Source of the DNA: Eledone cirrhosa
Lineage: Eukaryota
Assembly (NCBI GenBank): GCA_964016885.1
Contig: OZ024743.1
Span: 66,464,001-66,528,000, forward strand
DNA: 64,000 bases
Direction: 5' to 3'
In this document: one piece after another, positions 28,152 to 41,820 of the stretch
How the letters are laid out: the number at the start of each line of letters is the position of its first letter
Numbering within the stretch: the stretch's first letter is position 1
Notes under the pieces: model-generated
What the model was told of the DNA's origin: nothing
The model's input: only the letters and a program-made list of their open reading frames with translations
The model's database searches: none
Translations under genes and position numbers: made by a program

Positions 28152-28476
28152 CTATATATATATGATCAGCCAGTCTGCTAATATGCAAATCAGGCTGATC
28201 AGTCACTGTATATCTTTGAAAATATATATTTTCACTCGCTCTGACAGTTAGCTGGTAAAGAGTACACTGAACTAATGAAGGGTAATCACCCAGAATAATT
28301 AGTGTCTGCAGTTCTGTTTACATGCCAACACAAGAGCAAGAATGAGGGTTCATTCTACTGACATGCTTTAAAGAGGCTATTTGCATAATTGTAAATAATT
28401 CGAATATTATTATTAATATTCGAAAAACTCACATTACATTTATTGTATTCGGCCATGTAGAGCGATAAATTATTTG

Positions 28477-28542
<66 letters not shown>

Positions 28543-28593
28543 GTGAAAGAGTGAAGAATAACTGGGTCGGCTGTACAAAAAGGGTTTTATTTA

Positions 28594-28693
28594 CAGCATT
28601 AACAATTGTTTCATTGAACAGGTGAGTCTAAAGGCTGCTAATCACTCGAAGTTAAAGACTATGTTTGCCTCTGATCAAATCATCGGATTACTG
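28594..28693 (-). ncRNA. Hammerhead motif with CCGAUGA core, family E
   Basis: Minus strand: CAGTAAT-CCGATGA-TTTGATCAG...CTGTTCAAT-GAAA-CAATTG-TT-AATGCTG. Confidence 0.6.
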
Positions 28694-28864
28694 GAGGGTT
28701 TAACACATGGCATTGATACTTATAGATTCATCGGAGAATCAAAACAATAACATCAATAATAAAAGATAATAAAAGATAATAATAAAGATGTTAGAATGAA
28801 GATGATAAAGATGTGAAAAATAAGTCAAAAATAAGTACAGAATGCGATTGCTGATAATGGTAGT

Positions 28865-28955
<91 letters not shown>

Positions 28956-29155
28956 AAATTAGAATAAAAAGATTTCGCGTATTTTTTACTATAAAAAATT
29001 CTCCAATAGCAGGATATGATGGGAGCTGAGACCAATCTTTTTTTCCGCTCCATCGATCTTATATGCTCAATTATTAAAGTATTTTCTTTAGTAAATATTT
29101 CGGTGAAATCACCTAATCCTTATTTAATTTTCCAAAATGTTCTAAACACACTTGG

Positions 29156-29223
<68 letters not shown>

Positions 29224-29226
29224 ATA

Positions 29227-29322
<96 letters not shown>

Positions 29323-29380
29323 TCATATACGAAGAAATACTAGAAAAAATCCACATTACACACGGACTTACCCAAATATG

Positions 29381-29436
<56 letters not shown>

Positions 29437-30154
29437 GGTTTCCTTTTACAGACACTACAAAGCCAACAATACATACACAAATGTACACAATCACATACAT
29501 AGAAACAACAGAAAATAGCCCCCCCAAACACACACGTACGCACACACACACACAAAAAACAGCTAAAAACTCACCGACACACAGACACACACATACCTGT
29601 GTGCACATACTAACTATATAAGACTCCGAGATACCCTCGTGCCCACAAACATACACACAAACTGAGGCCACATACATCTACCTATTTCTTCCCTTTGACA
29701 CACATACAGAACCACACATATGACACACCTGTATACCCCCCCCCCACACAGACACACACGCCGGACCCTTCGCCTACCACCCCTACCAATCTTTCTCCTC
29801 CCAACCCTATTTTCCTAACCTTCACACACTACTCATACCTCTTCCTGTTCTCTATTTATCCGAACTTTGCTGAAGTGTGAACATAATACTCCTGTCTACT
29901 TTTGTATGCCTGTGTTTGCTTTCTTTTGTTTCAACACGAATGGACCTGTTATTTTTATCTAAAGACATTTTTTCCAATTCCACCCCCCCCCCCGTCCCCT
30001 CAATCTATTTTATTTCTCATTTTTTCTTCTAATTAAGGACTAGCGTCCGAAACAATAAGACCCTCTTCCTGCTATATCAAGCGTTAACCTAATATATACC
30101 TTCCATATACTGTACCGATTGTGTTGTTATTTCTGTTTACCTTTTACACATATA

Positions 30155-30261
<107 letters not shown>

Positions 30262-30518
30262 AAGGTATATATTGAGTTAGAATCTGGAAATAGTCTCTTA
30301 CAATAAAATAGCTCTAGGAAAGAGATTTTTCCGAGCTGTATATTATAATTGAATATAAAAGAAAAACAAACACAGATATATACATATATGTGTTCAAATC
30401 GTAAGGGGCTAGGTTCGCTAAGGTGAAAGGAATACTAACTATAGACAATAGGGTTTGCCAGACTCAATTGAAGAATAAATCAAGAAAATAAATACAAACC
30501 GGAATTGTGGTAACTACC

Positions 30519-30604
30519 AATCACCCAGACAGCTTTGGTAATGCTGTTTCGCAAAATTAATTGTGAATAGGAATACCGAATCTTGCTCATCAGTGGGGGA
30601 AGAA
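30519..30604 (-). ncRNA. Canonical type I hammerhead ribozyme (GUC site)
   Basis: Minus strand: CCCA-CTGATGA-GCAAGA...TTTTGC-GAAA-CAGC-loop-GCTG-TC-TGGG. Confidence 0.88.
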
Positions 30605-31055
30605 TTAGTATCCTAGTCAAAGTTGTCTGGGTGATTGGTAGTTACCACAATTCCGGTTTGTATTTATTTTCTTGATTTATTCTTCAATTGAGTCTGGCAA
30701 ACCCTATTGTCTATAGTTAGTATTCCTTTCACCTTAGCGGATCTGGTCCCTTACGATTTGAACACATATATGTATATATCTGTGTTTGTTTTTCTTTTAT
30801 ATTCAGTTATAATATACGGCTCGGAAAAATCTCTTTCCTAGAGCTATTTTGTTGTAAGAGACTATTTTGAGTTTCTAATTCAATATAAAGCTTTGATATA
30901 TTCGGCTCCGTTAATTGTTGAGCTAATTCAAATGTCGAGTAAACCTGGCTGCTATTTTTGTGAGACACGCTAAGTTCAGATACCATGTGCGTTATTATAT
31001 ATACGCACACTATTCAGTTTTTTAATATACTTACAAGTGACCAGGATACTAATTC

Positions 31056-31137
31056 TTCACCCACTGATGAGCAAGAATCGGTATTCCTCTTCAAAATTAA
31101 TTTTGCGAAACAGCATTACCATAGCTGTCTGGTGATT
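31056..31137 (+). ncRNA. Canonical type I hammerhead ribozyme (GUC site)
   Basis: CTGATGA 31064-31070, GAAA 31107-31110, stem III ACAGC/GCTGT, GTC 31127-31129, stem I TCACCCA/TGGTGA. Confidence 0.88.
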
Positions 31138-31295
31138 GGTAGTTACCACAATTCCGGTTTGTATTTATTTTCTTGATTTATTCTTAAATTGAGTCTGGCA
31201 AACCCTATTGTCTATAGTTAGTAATCTGGTCCCTTACGATTTGAACACATATATGTACATTTCCGTGTTTGTTTTTCTTTTATATTCAATTATTA

Positions 31296-31342
<47 letters not shown>

Positions 31343-31616
31343 ATACTTGGGGAGGGTCATATTTGTGTAATAATATTGCCAGAATTAATAACAGAACACA
31401 CTCACTGTTTGGTTGGTTTTCGCTTCTGTATCTTTCATATCAGTTAATTCATTCGGTACTCAATGTTTACCATTGACTGACCAACGGTCAAAAATACAGA
31501 TATAATATAGATATAAACACATATATATAGTCTAACAAAGTTCTTCCGTTGCACATCTGCAACATCGTCAGTGGTGCTATTATGTTCCCCCTGTTATATT
31601 GTATATCTACGCCATC

Positions 31617-31682
<66 letters not shown>

Positions 31683-31920
31683 GTATATAATATATATAGC
31701 GAAAGAGTCAGAAGCCCAACGGCTGAGCTCCGGCCGTTTCAAAAGGTAGATCCGAACTAGATCCGAATCTAGCTGTCGGGGTTCTGTATTTTTTCATATT
31801 ACCCACTCTACTACCCCAAGTATCGAGTACTCTGGTGAGTGATGGTCCACCTGGTTTTTACCGACTCCAATCTGACTTTTCTCTTTCTCTTTCTCTCTTT
31901 CTCTATATATATAGTGTATA

Positions 31921-32530
31921 TGCCAACTCGTTTTCGAGTACGGCCACTACTTTATATCCATGTAGGAGAACCCCTACCGATGCGCTGAACGAGTGTGACT
32001 TTTTAGTCCAGCCAGCGACTTGAAAACTCTGGTACAAACACTACACTTGTGACAATTATTGACACATAGTGCTGGGCCCATGGTACCATGTGACGAGAAG
32101 TGGAGAGAGATCTCCATATATAAATCAATGCCTGTGCCGTGAAGCTTTTATAGTGAGCAAAGGCACTGCACAAAGCCAGTCCCACTCTCTTAACCAAGAT
32201 GATATTTACCAAAAAGAAGAACAAGTCAACATCATTGGATACCATCAGGGTTGCAGGTGTTATATCAGAGTTTTCCTTCTCCTAGAATTCTGCCTTGACA
32301 AAGGCTAAGGGGTCATCTCTCCCGGTGATTTTGGATAGCCATTGACTCTTAAGAGCTCCTTCGCCATTTGACAGGTTTTGTTTTTAGTCCTGCAGGATGT
32401 CCAAAGTCACCCTCCTCACCAAGAAACCTTGGTGGGGTTGCCAGTTTAGTCGCCAACGACCCGACCATGAGTCAGGTTGTACTGGGATACATGTTACCAG
32501 TAGTACCAACTGGTGACCTGACCATATATA
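31921..32530 (-). mobile_element. Non-autonomous RTE-related element (subfamily related to 23703-24328)
   Basis: Shares the CTAGGAGAAGGAAAACTC motif and the GGTCGGGTCGTTGGCGACTAAACTGGCAACCCC block. Confidence 0.7.
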
Positions 32531-32573
32531 TGACCTGACCATATATATATATATACATACATACATACATACA

Positions 32574-33425
32574 TCATCAAAGTGCTCTCGCCACCTTCGT
32601 AGAATTCCTTGTGAGTCACAAAGAAGTTCTTTGCCATCCTTGCTGCGAAGCGGTGTCACCAAAGAAGAAGACGGTCCATTAACTTCACGCAAAAGACTGT
32701 ACAACAGCTTTGTGTTATTGGAATCTGACGCAGTTTGTATCTCATCAGCCTTCTCACTCCACCACTGATCCTTCATCTGAGCAAGACTCCGCCTAACACG
32801 TGATTACACATCCTTGAGTTCCTTATGCAACGTATTCTTCTCCTTTGGTTTTGCCGTCAAGTAGCGTGACAGAGCTCGCCTCTTATCAGCCAACAAATCT
32901 TCTATATGTACATCATTCTCATTAAACCAGTCCTGATGTTTTCTCTGCACCAATCCCAGAACACGCCTGAAATATCAACATCATCGGTAACGACTGAGCC
33001 GCAGGTTTTATATCGGAGTTATCCCAGTTTCCTGAGTTGCCTTCTCCTAGAAGAATGCCCTGACAAAGGCTAGGGGTCCTTCACTCCCAGTGGTTTAACC
33101 GCGCGATCGGGTGTCCAGCCCGATTATTTCTATGTCCCCGCGCATGTACATACACATGCAGCCATGCATATACACATATTCATATACATACATGTATACA
33201 CATATTCATATACATACATGTACATGTATGCCGGGTCACTCTTGAGTGCTATTTTTAACATGTAACCCAGTACAACCTGTCGCATGGTCGGGTCGTCGGC
33301 GACTAAACTGGCAACCCCACCAAGTTTACTTGGTGAGGAGGGTGATTTTGGACACCCTGCAGGACAAAAAACAAAACCTGACAAAGGGCGGAAGATCTCA
33401 TAAGAGTCAACGGCCATCTAAAAGT
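32574..33425 (-). mobile_element. RTE-BovB LINE remnant: coding fragment plus 5' UTR pieces, the distal piece inverted
   Basis: VQRKHQDWFNEN..KDQWWSEKADEIQ..LREVNGP..RSKDGKELL..ILRRWREHF. UTR blocks match 23885-24328, with 33230-33425 in opposite orientation. Confidence 0.8.
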
Positions 33426-33493
33426 GTGTAATATGTATATACACATGTACACATACATACATACAAACATACATACATACATACATACATACA

Positions 33494-33529
<36 letters not shown>

Positions 33530-33588
33530 TATATAAAATAAAATAATTAAGTCAAATATTTAAAATTTGGCTTCGTTTATTAAAGATG

Positions 33589-33645
33589 TACTGCTATATA
33601 TATTTCGGTGAGAGCCATCATTGGCTGTGACCTTTTCAGGCAGTC
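33589..33645 (-). ncRNA. Hammerhead ribozyme with G8A change
   Basis: Minus strand: ACTGC-CTGAAAA-GGTCACAGCCA-ATGA-TGGCTCTCACC-GAAA-TATATA-TA-GCAGT. Confidence 0.65.
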
Positions 33646-33711
33646 CGAATTAGTGTGGTAGAGACAGGTACACATGTTGTTGAAGTGTTTTACTCCGTCA
33701 ATACTCCGATA

Positions 33712-33909
33712 TGTCCAGCTCCTGGTTGGGATGTTATTTCTCTGAGGAAGTGGAATCATATATATATATATATATATATTATATACATTGAGGACCGAAT
33801 AAATTAAATTAACCGATATAAAAGACACAGAAGCGAAAACCAACCAGACAGTGAGTGTGTTCTGTTATTAATTCTGGCAATATTATTACACAAATATGAC
33901 CCTCCCCAA

Positions 33910-33956
<47 letters not shown>

Positions 33957-34124
33957 AGCAAATTATAAACGTAAACATGTAAGTATGTTTTTGAAACGGT
34001 GCGCGAGTTTGAAATTAGAAATTAGAAATTATAAGCTTTCACCGTATTTTTAGACGAAAGAAATTTCTAGCCTGATAGTGGGGTTTATAACCCTCGGAGA
34101 AAATGGAAAAAGATGAGTGTTGCC

Positions 34125-34181
<57 letters not shown>

Positions 34182-34306
34182 CTTGGGGAGGGTCATATTT
34201 GTGTAATAATATTCCCAGAATTAATAACAGAACACACTCACTGTTTGGTAGGTTTTCGCTTCTGTGTCTTTTATATCGGTTAATTTAATTTATTCGGTCC
34301 TCAATG

Positions 34307-34367
<61 letters not shown>

Positions 34368-34410
34368 TCCAGCTCCTCAGAGAAATAACAACCCAACCAG
34401 GAGCTGGACA
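33712..34410. repeat. Inverted pair of a dispersed TA-associated repeat
   Basis: 33785-33912 vs 34180-34310, and 33712-33760 vs 34362-34410. The family also occurs at ~5295, 31343 and 59490. Confidence 0.8.
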
Positions 34411-34591
34411 ATCCTAAAAACTGGGGAATCCTAAAAACTATTCAAAGCTAACAATAGAACACGTTAACCCCCCCCCCATCGCTGACTTGAGAGGGCGTGG
34501 TGTATCTATGCACTGAAGTGGAGAGTGGAGGGTTCCTGAAAGGATAAAATGCCGGTAAACCTAGCTGGGCGCCAGCCGGACGACCCAGCTA

Positions 34592-34592
<1 letters not shown>
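34411..34592 (+). mobile_element. Helitron 3'-terminal fragment
   Basis: Ends CTAGCTGGG...CCCAGCTAG|T and matches the terminus of the helicase-bearing element at 35188. Confidence 0.7.
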
Positions 34593-34649
<57 letters not shown>

Positions 34650-34771
34650 TTTGCAACGGGTCACTTTGTGGCTCAATGAAGAGTTAATAAATTAAATAAT
34701 CAGAGCTATATATCATACAACATGTCTATAGAATCACCAGATATAATCACTTTGGAAAATTAATTGTCTAA

Positions 34772-34866
34772 ATTAGAGCTAACTCCTGAAGAGTCCGGTG
34801 CTCCAAATGTCCAATGTTATCGGATATCTTAAAATGCGGACGAAACCATGGTAGAGGTAACTAAAT
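34772..34866 (+). ncRNA. Type I hammerhead ribozyme (GUA site)
   Basis: CTC-CTGAAGA (34786)-GTCCG...CGGAC-GAAA (34842)-CCATGG-TA-GAG. Palindromic stem III ACCATGGT. Confidence 0.85.
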
Positions 34867-35130
34867 ATGTTCACTTTTCTCCTAGTTTATTTTACACCTA
34901 ATTCTGTTTGGTTGACTGTATATCTGGTCGATTTATACACACTGTCGAAATACTCGATAAATACTCCGTCGCAACCGCCGCGAAGGGCTGCTTTCGGTTA
35001 TTTGTCGGAGATTTCTTCATAGAAGCCTTTATTCTTATAGCTTGGTCTAATCGATTTTTTATATGGTTAATTATGCTAATTGGGAGAGGAAATGGTATAT
35101 ATTTTATCTGGTGATTCTATAGACAGGTTT

Positions 35131-35187
<57 letters not shown>

Positions 35188-35188
<1 letters not shown>

Positions 35189-35990
35189 TAGCTGGGTCGT
35201 TCGGCTGGCGCCCAGCTAGGTTCACCGGCATTTTTATCTTTGAGCTAACTCCTGAAGAGTCCGGTGCTCTGTTCAACCTTTATTGTTGTAACTATCAATT
35301 TTCTTTAACGTACTGGCTGCTGAACACTGGGGAATCCTAAAAACTATTCAAAGCCAACAATAGAGCACGTTAACCTCCCCCCCTCCACTCCAGTGCATAG
35401 ATACAGCACGCCCTCTCCTCTCAAGTCAGCGATGGGGAGGGGGGGGGGGGGGTTTAACGTGCTCTATTGTTGGCTTTGAATAGTTTTTAGGATTCCCTAG
35501 TTCAGCAGCCAGTACGTTAAAGAAAATTGATAGTTACAACAATAAAGGTTGAACAGAGAACACATTTTTTAACAAACTTTACAATTATTTGTACAATTCC
35601 AAGTAACAGAAAATACATAAATTACATTGTTAGAGCCTCAGAGTATACAATATTTTTTGTTCGGCCCTCGGGAGCAAAGATGAAGAGATTGTTTGGCGAG
35701 TTCACCTTAGAGCATCCTACATACAATTGACCATGGGAGAAGCATGGTTGTCCCAGATGAAGACCAGCCACTTTTAGGGTTTGACCCTGAGCTTTGTTGG
35801 TGGTAATCGCGAAGCTTAGTCTCTCTGTTGCTCTAGTAACATTTTTTCTTCTGGAAAATCTGATCTTGCGGCCAGGCTAGGACTTTTTGGGTGGCATATC
35901 GGCAGTAACAATGACGATAAGCCGTCTGTGCTTTCGTGAAATAAATACGTTTGTGTATGCAAAAATATCTGTACACGAATATATAATTAT
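35188..35990 (-). mobile_element. Internally deleted Helitron retaining the C-terminus of the PIF1-like helicase
   Basis: 35822-35622 translates RLSFAITTNKAQGQTLKVAGLHLGQPCFSHGQLYVGCSKV..TKNIVYSEAL. 3' hairpin plus CTAG|T at 35188. Confidence 0.88.
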
Positions 35991-36000
35991 ATATGTATAT

Positions 36001-36329
36001 AAATGAAAGGATTACAAAGGAGAATATATACTGTTAGAACATGTTTATACAAAAGCACCTACGTACGTTTAGCCCGAAAAGGGCTTCTCAAGGGCATACA
36101 AATCTAAAGAGTGTTCGGTACGGGACCCAGGATTAGTTTTAAGCATGCCTGTTTGAACTAAGAATGAACTTTGATGTGGTTATCACCTTAAAACCCCTCC
36201 TGGGTCCCGTACCGAACACTCTCTAGATTTGTATGCCCTTGAGAAGTCCTTTTCGGGCGAAACGTACAGAGGTGCTTTTGTATAAACATGTTCTAACAGT
36301 ATATATTCTCCTTTGTAATCCTTTCATTT
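36001..36329. mobile_element. Fold-back element (~132-bp arms), each arm with a variant hammerhead
   Basis: Arms 36001-36132 and 36198-36329. Consensus TTGAGAA-GCCC-TTTTC-GGGC-GAAA-CGTACG-TA. Confidence 0.75.
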
Positions 36330-36493
36330 GTAACCGCTCTGCCCGCTAAATATTAACGCTTCTAATATTTAACCCTGTAGGCACAAGTATTGAGCACAAA
36401 TGCACCAGCTTTTGGCAACTAACTATATGTATCGCTTATCCCTTTAAACATCTACTCTCTCACGATACTAAAATATTCTATATGTATATATAT

Positions 36494-36884
36494 ATTAAAA
36501 TAACAGATTAAAGTGTAAGCAAAGAATCGCTGCTTTCACCCTTAACGGGATCTTCTGAAACTAAAATCAATCTGTGAACGCAGAAATAAATATTTCGAAA
36601 AACGTTGCAACCGAAAGAAAACAGGAAGATGATATTTTGGTTCGTGAAGACGTTAGGAATGTCGTATAACTGGAAGTGTTGACATTTGAAAATTTTAAAG
36701 AAATGAATATTTAAATGAACGATAAAATATCTTTAATCTTTTAACAAAATTTAGTAGACAAAAATACCCTTACTTTCTTATTTGGAAAAAGTTACATCTA
36801 TGGTGCAAATTTGGTGCCGTTTGGTTCAGGCGTTTGGCGAATAGTTTGTTACATACATACGGCCGTCAGCTTTATAGTATAAAT
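36494..36884 (-). mobile_element. Helitron-like non-autonomous repeat (partial)
   Basis: Right end resembles a Helitron 5' terminus (T[T]TATACTATAAAGCTG). Interior is similar to 39180-39250. Left end recurs at 26398, 52401 and 52488. Confidence 0.5.
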
Positions 36885-37299
36885 ATATATATGTATATAT
36901 AGAATAAGGAAATACACACACACACATATATATATGTGTGAATGTGTATGCGTGTGAAGGAATTATTGGATGATGTATTCTTAGATATAAGGTGCCTTAA
37001 GGTATAAAAAAAAAAGTAATCTAGAATGCCTTTGATTTTAGCTCTAATCCATCAGAAAGCTGGCGAATTTGCAAAGTTGTTTCGGTGTCGGATTCTAAAT
37101 GCCTCAGTATTTGCTGCAGCTCACTGCACACTGAGTTCACATACCACCGAGACCAAATTTACCTTTCATTCTTGAGAGGTAGATTAATAAAGGGTCAATC
37201 CAATACTGGGGTCGATTATTCCCCTCTTACTCTCCGAAGTAATCAGCTGTGTTTAGTCATGGAGAGGAATTGGCTTTGCCAGCTTTAAAATACTTAAGA

Positions 37300-37930
37300 A
37301 CGCCAGGTGTCAAGACGGCCTCCCTACGACCCCATCATGAGTTATGTGCCCTTTATATTATCTTACCCGCCATGTGACAGGACGGTCTCCCTACGATTCC
37401 ATCAGGAGTTAAATGCCCTTTATCTTATCTTACCCACCATGTGAAGGTGCATGGCTTAGTAGTAAGAGCATTGGGTTTGCAATCGGCAGGTTGTGAGTTC
37501 GATTCTCGGACCCGGTGGTGCATTGTGTTCTTTAGCAAGACACTTTACTTCACACTGCTCCACTTTACTCACTTGTAACAATGTGTGGTGACATCACTGG
37601 GACCAAACTGTATCGGTCATTGCCTTTCCCTTGGAAATCATCGGTGGCGTGGGGGGGGGGGGTTTAGGTATGTATGGGCATCTGCTGGTCTTCCACAAAC
37701 AACCTTGCCCGGATTGTACCTCGGAGGGGAGCTTTCTAGGTGCAAATCACATGGTCATTTGTGTCCAGAGAGGGTCTTTACCGTTTACCCTACCCGCTGT
37801 GTGTCAGGACGCCGTCCTTACGACCCCCATCAGGAGTTAAATGCCCTTTATCTCATCTTATGCACCGTGTGTCAGGACGGCGTCCTTACGACCCCCATCA
37901 AGAGTTAAGTGCCCTTTATTTTATCTTAGT
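37300..37930. repeat. Four ~68-bp tandem units split by a SINE
   Basis: GTGTCAGGACGGCGTCCTTACGACCCCCATCAGGAGTTAAATGCCCTTTATCTTATCTTA, two units on each side. Confidence 0.85.
37444..37795 (+). mobile_element. tRNA-derived CORE-type SINE
   Basis: A box TGGCTTAGTAG, B box GAGTTCGATTC, CORE-like GTGTTCTTTAGCAAGACACTT. Other copies at 38140-38620 (-), 50185-50345 (+) and 58100-58222 (-). Confidence 0.8.
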
Positions 37931-38799
37931 TAATCCATCAGAGCTATCCTCGGGGTTAACAAGCAGCAAACGAATGCAAAGCAATTTAAATATAATTTGA
38001 CATATTTTGTGTGGTAATTATCTCCCTTGTGTAATTGACATTCCACAGCTGTTATATTTCATATTCCCAGGCGATAATGTTTGCTCATTTCAAATATATT
38101 TGTAATTCAATCATTATTATTATTGAGGAAACGATTATAGTAAATGTAAAGGGGTAAAGAACCCTTCGGACACGAGTAACCATGAGATTTGCACCTAGAG
38201 ATTTGTCCCCAGTGGCACAAGTCCAGGCAAGGTTGTACGTGGAAGACCAGCCCATGCATACCCGACTTTCCTCTTCACGCCACCGATGTTGTCCAAGAGA
38301 AAGGCTATGACCGATACAGCTTGGCACCAATGACCTCACAACATATACATACATTATATACATACTATATATAGACATTTTATACACATACTATATATAC
38401 ACCATATACACTACACTATATATATTGTCCAAGGGAAAAGCAATGGCCGATACAACTTGGCAATAGTGGCGATGCAATTAATTTCTACAGCTGAGTAAAC
38501 TGAGGCAACGTGAAATAAAGTGTCTTGCTCAAGAACACAGCACACAGTACGGTCCAGGAATCGAACTCATAACTTTACGATTGTGAGTCCGACGTTCTAA
38601 CCACAAAGCCATGCACCTACAATTAACTTACTTAAACCAGTATTAAACTAGTTAGACCATTATTCCAGAGAGTACTCGATATTTGGAAGAGTAGAGTATG
38701 ACTATATTACAGGAACCGCCGACTCAGCTCTTGCCGTTTCGTCAGCTAATTAGCTGTGGAAACGGCAAAAGCTCAGCTTTCGGGCCGCAACTCTTTTTA

Positions 38800-38897
<98 letters not shown>

Positions 38898-38925
38898 AAA
38901 TATATGTATATACACTTTATATACA

Positions 38926-39027
<102 letters not shown>

Positions 39028-39029
39028 CA

Positions 39030-39528
39030 TCTTAACTATAATAAAGGAAGGTCTGCGGGATTGCATCCAGAATATATTTTTTTACCCCGTGTGTAAAATA
39101 AGTTGGATTACTTTGAATAAATAATGAATGAATATTACATAATTTATGTGCTAAATTTCGTGGCTGTTCATTAAATATATTTTATAGCTTATTTAAAGAT
39201 CATTAAAATTCAATTCTTTAAAATTATCAAATGTCAACACTTCCGGTTAGCGGCCGTTATATTATAACACTTATAATCGCATATATTTCCGTCGCTAATT
39301 TTCTCCTAATGCAGTTTATATATAATGTCGTCTTTTTTTAAAAATATATCATGGATTACTGATTACAGAAGGCAGTGTAACATAGGCTTTGTTCAATTTC
39401 TGTGTATATTGTCAATTACGATTATATTTGATGTATCATATATACATGCATATATATTTGTGTATAATATCGATATACATACTACACATGCTAGCAGAAA
39501 ACCACCCATAGGGTGGTTTTTGAGCTAG
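39030..39528 (+). mobile_element. Complete non-autonomous Helitron (499 bp)
   Basis: A|TCTTAACTATAATAAAG ... hairpin AAAACCACCC-ATA-GGGTGGTTTT ... CTAG|T, no TSD. Confidence 0.85.
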
Positions 39529-39585
39529 TATATATAATCACTTTACACCGTAAAGAAAACAAACAACTCCTAATTAATAGAACGC

Positions 39586-39633
39586 ATTCCTGATGATTTC
39601 ACACGAATGAAACAGTTCTAGTCCTGTAGAAGA
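39586..39633 (+). ncRNA. Type I hammerhead ribozyme (GUA site)
   Basis: TTC-CTGATGA (39590)-TTTCACACGAAT-GAAA-CAG-TTCTAGTC-CTG-TA-GAA. Siblings at 46765 (truncated), 54668 (-) and 54954 (3' half). Confidence 0.8.
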
Positions 39634-40104
39634 CTAGTGCCTAAATCCGAAATAACGGTTTCAAATTAAGGCACAAGGCCAACAATTTTTGAGGGGCAGG
39701 GGACAAGTCGATTAAATCGACTACAGTGCATTACTGGTACTTTATTTTATCAACCCCGTAAGGATGAAATGCAAAGCTAACCTCAAAATAATGATGTTTA
39801 CACTCTACTAATGTATTGAGTACGTTTTTAATTGTGGTTATCCCACCCCGATTTCATTCGGGATCTACATATATATACATATGTCTGTCAGTGTGTGAGT
39901 GTGTGCCAGGGAGAGAGTGTGTGTGAGTATGTGTGTAATTGTGTGTGTGTGTGCGTGTGTATGTACGGACTCGTAATTCCTGACAGTATCGTAGGTGACG
40001 GCGCGTCTTGGACATTTTAAACTTGGTGGAACCTATCCTTCTCCCCAGGACCGCGCCGATTATTATTTTATTTTTTTAGAGAGAGAGAGAGTCACAGAGA
40101 GAGT

Positions 40105-40181
<77 letters not shown>

Positions 40182-40383
40182 AATAATAAAATGACAGGAA
40201 GGAAGAATCTACTACCCCGGTATTGGTACTTTATCAACCTGGAAAGTATAACAGGCAAAGTTGACCTCGGGAGGATTTGAACTCAAATCACACAGACACG
40301 GAATGAATAACACGAATCATTCAATCCGACGTTCTAAAGATATTTGGCATTTCGCCTCCACCATCTCTCTCTCATTCCCTCTT

Positions 40384-40477
<94 letters not shown>

Positions 40478-40587
40478 GAGAGAGAGAGAGAGGGGGGAGG
40501 GGAGAAAGAGAGATAGGCAAAGAGAGGAGAGAGAGAGTGAAATAGAGAGATAGACAGAGAAAGATAGAGAGAGATTATATATATATG

Positions 40588-40641
<54 letters not shown>

Positions 40642-40732
40642 CAAAGATTAATATGGTTCATTGATTACTCAATGAATACAGTTTTACAATAGATTAAAAG
40701 CACAGTGAAAAATATTTTCCTGGAGTTTTTAA

Positions 40733-41090
40733 TATTATTCAAAATATTAACAAATGAAAGATATTCACCTAATCAAAATATATACTTTATTATATATATT
40801 TCAAAGGTACTGTGTTGTTTTTTTCAGTACGTCCTCGTCAGATAAAATATATGATTTGATATATGACATACCACTACGGTCTTGATATTTCAATTCCAGT
40901 ATTGGCAGTCAATACTGGAATTGAAATATCAAGTCATATATAATTGAAATATCAATGTCATATATCAAATCATATATTTTATCTGACGAGGACGTACTGA
41001 AAAAACAACACAGTACCTTTGAAATATATATAATAAAGCATATATTTTGATTATGTTAATATCTTTCATTTGTTAATATTTTGAATAATA
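40733..41090. mobile_element. Head-to-head inverted pair of family A hammerhead units
   Basis: Cores at 40835-40841 (-) and 40983-40989 (+). The spacer contains further small inverted/direct copies of ACTGGAATTGAAATATCAAG. Confidence 0.85.
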
Positions 41091-41129
41091 TATATATATA
41101 TATATATATACATATATTATTTCTCTTTG

Positions 41130-41218
<89 letters not shown>

Positions 41219-41431
41219 AAAAAAAGATGAAATCGAAAATGCAACTGGAGTCTTATTTAAAAAAAATATATATATATTTATTTGGTTCCTTTACCGGTTT
41301 CGCAGTTCTTCTGCTTTTCAAAAGTAGAGTTGAGATGGAGGGTCTGTGGTTTTTCTCACATCTTTTTTTCTTTATACTTTCACTCGTGTATGACACCTCG
41401 GTTATTTTTCATTTTGTAAAAAAACCCTCAC

Positions 41432-41493
<62 letters not shown>

Positions 41494-41687
41494 ATAAATC
41501 TACCAAAATATACGGTAGTGTCCAATCCGTATGAAAAACTCAATGTAATCCAAATATCATGAAAGGAGAAGATGTATTCAAAATATTTTCGATGAAAATC
41601 ACAGGAAAACAGAGTCAAGATAAATTAATAAAAACAATGAATAAAAACAAAGAACTTATTCTTTGTTTTTATTCATTGTTTTTATTA

Positions 41688-41743
<56 letters not shown>

Positions 41744-41820
41744 CGAAGGAAATGTGGTAAGGAACCAGGTGGACCGTAACGCACCAAAGTACTCAATACT
41801 TAAGGTAGTAGAGTGGATAA

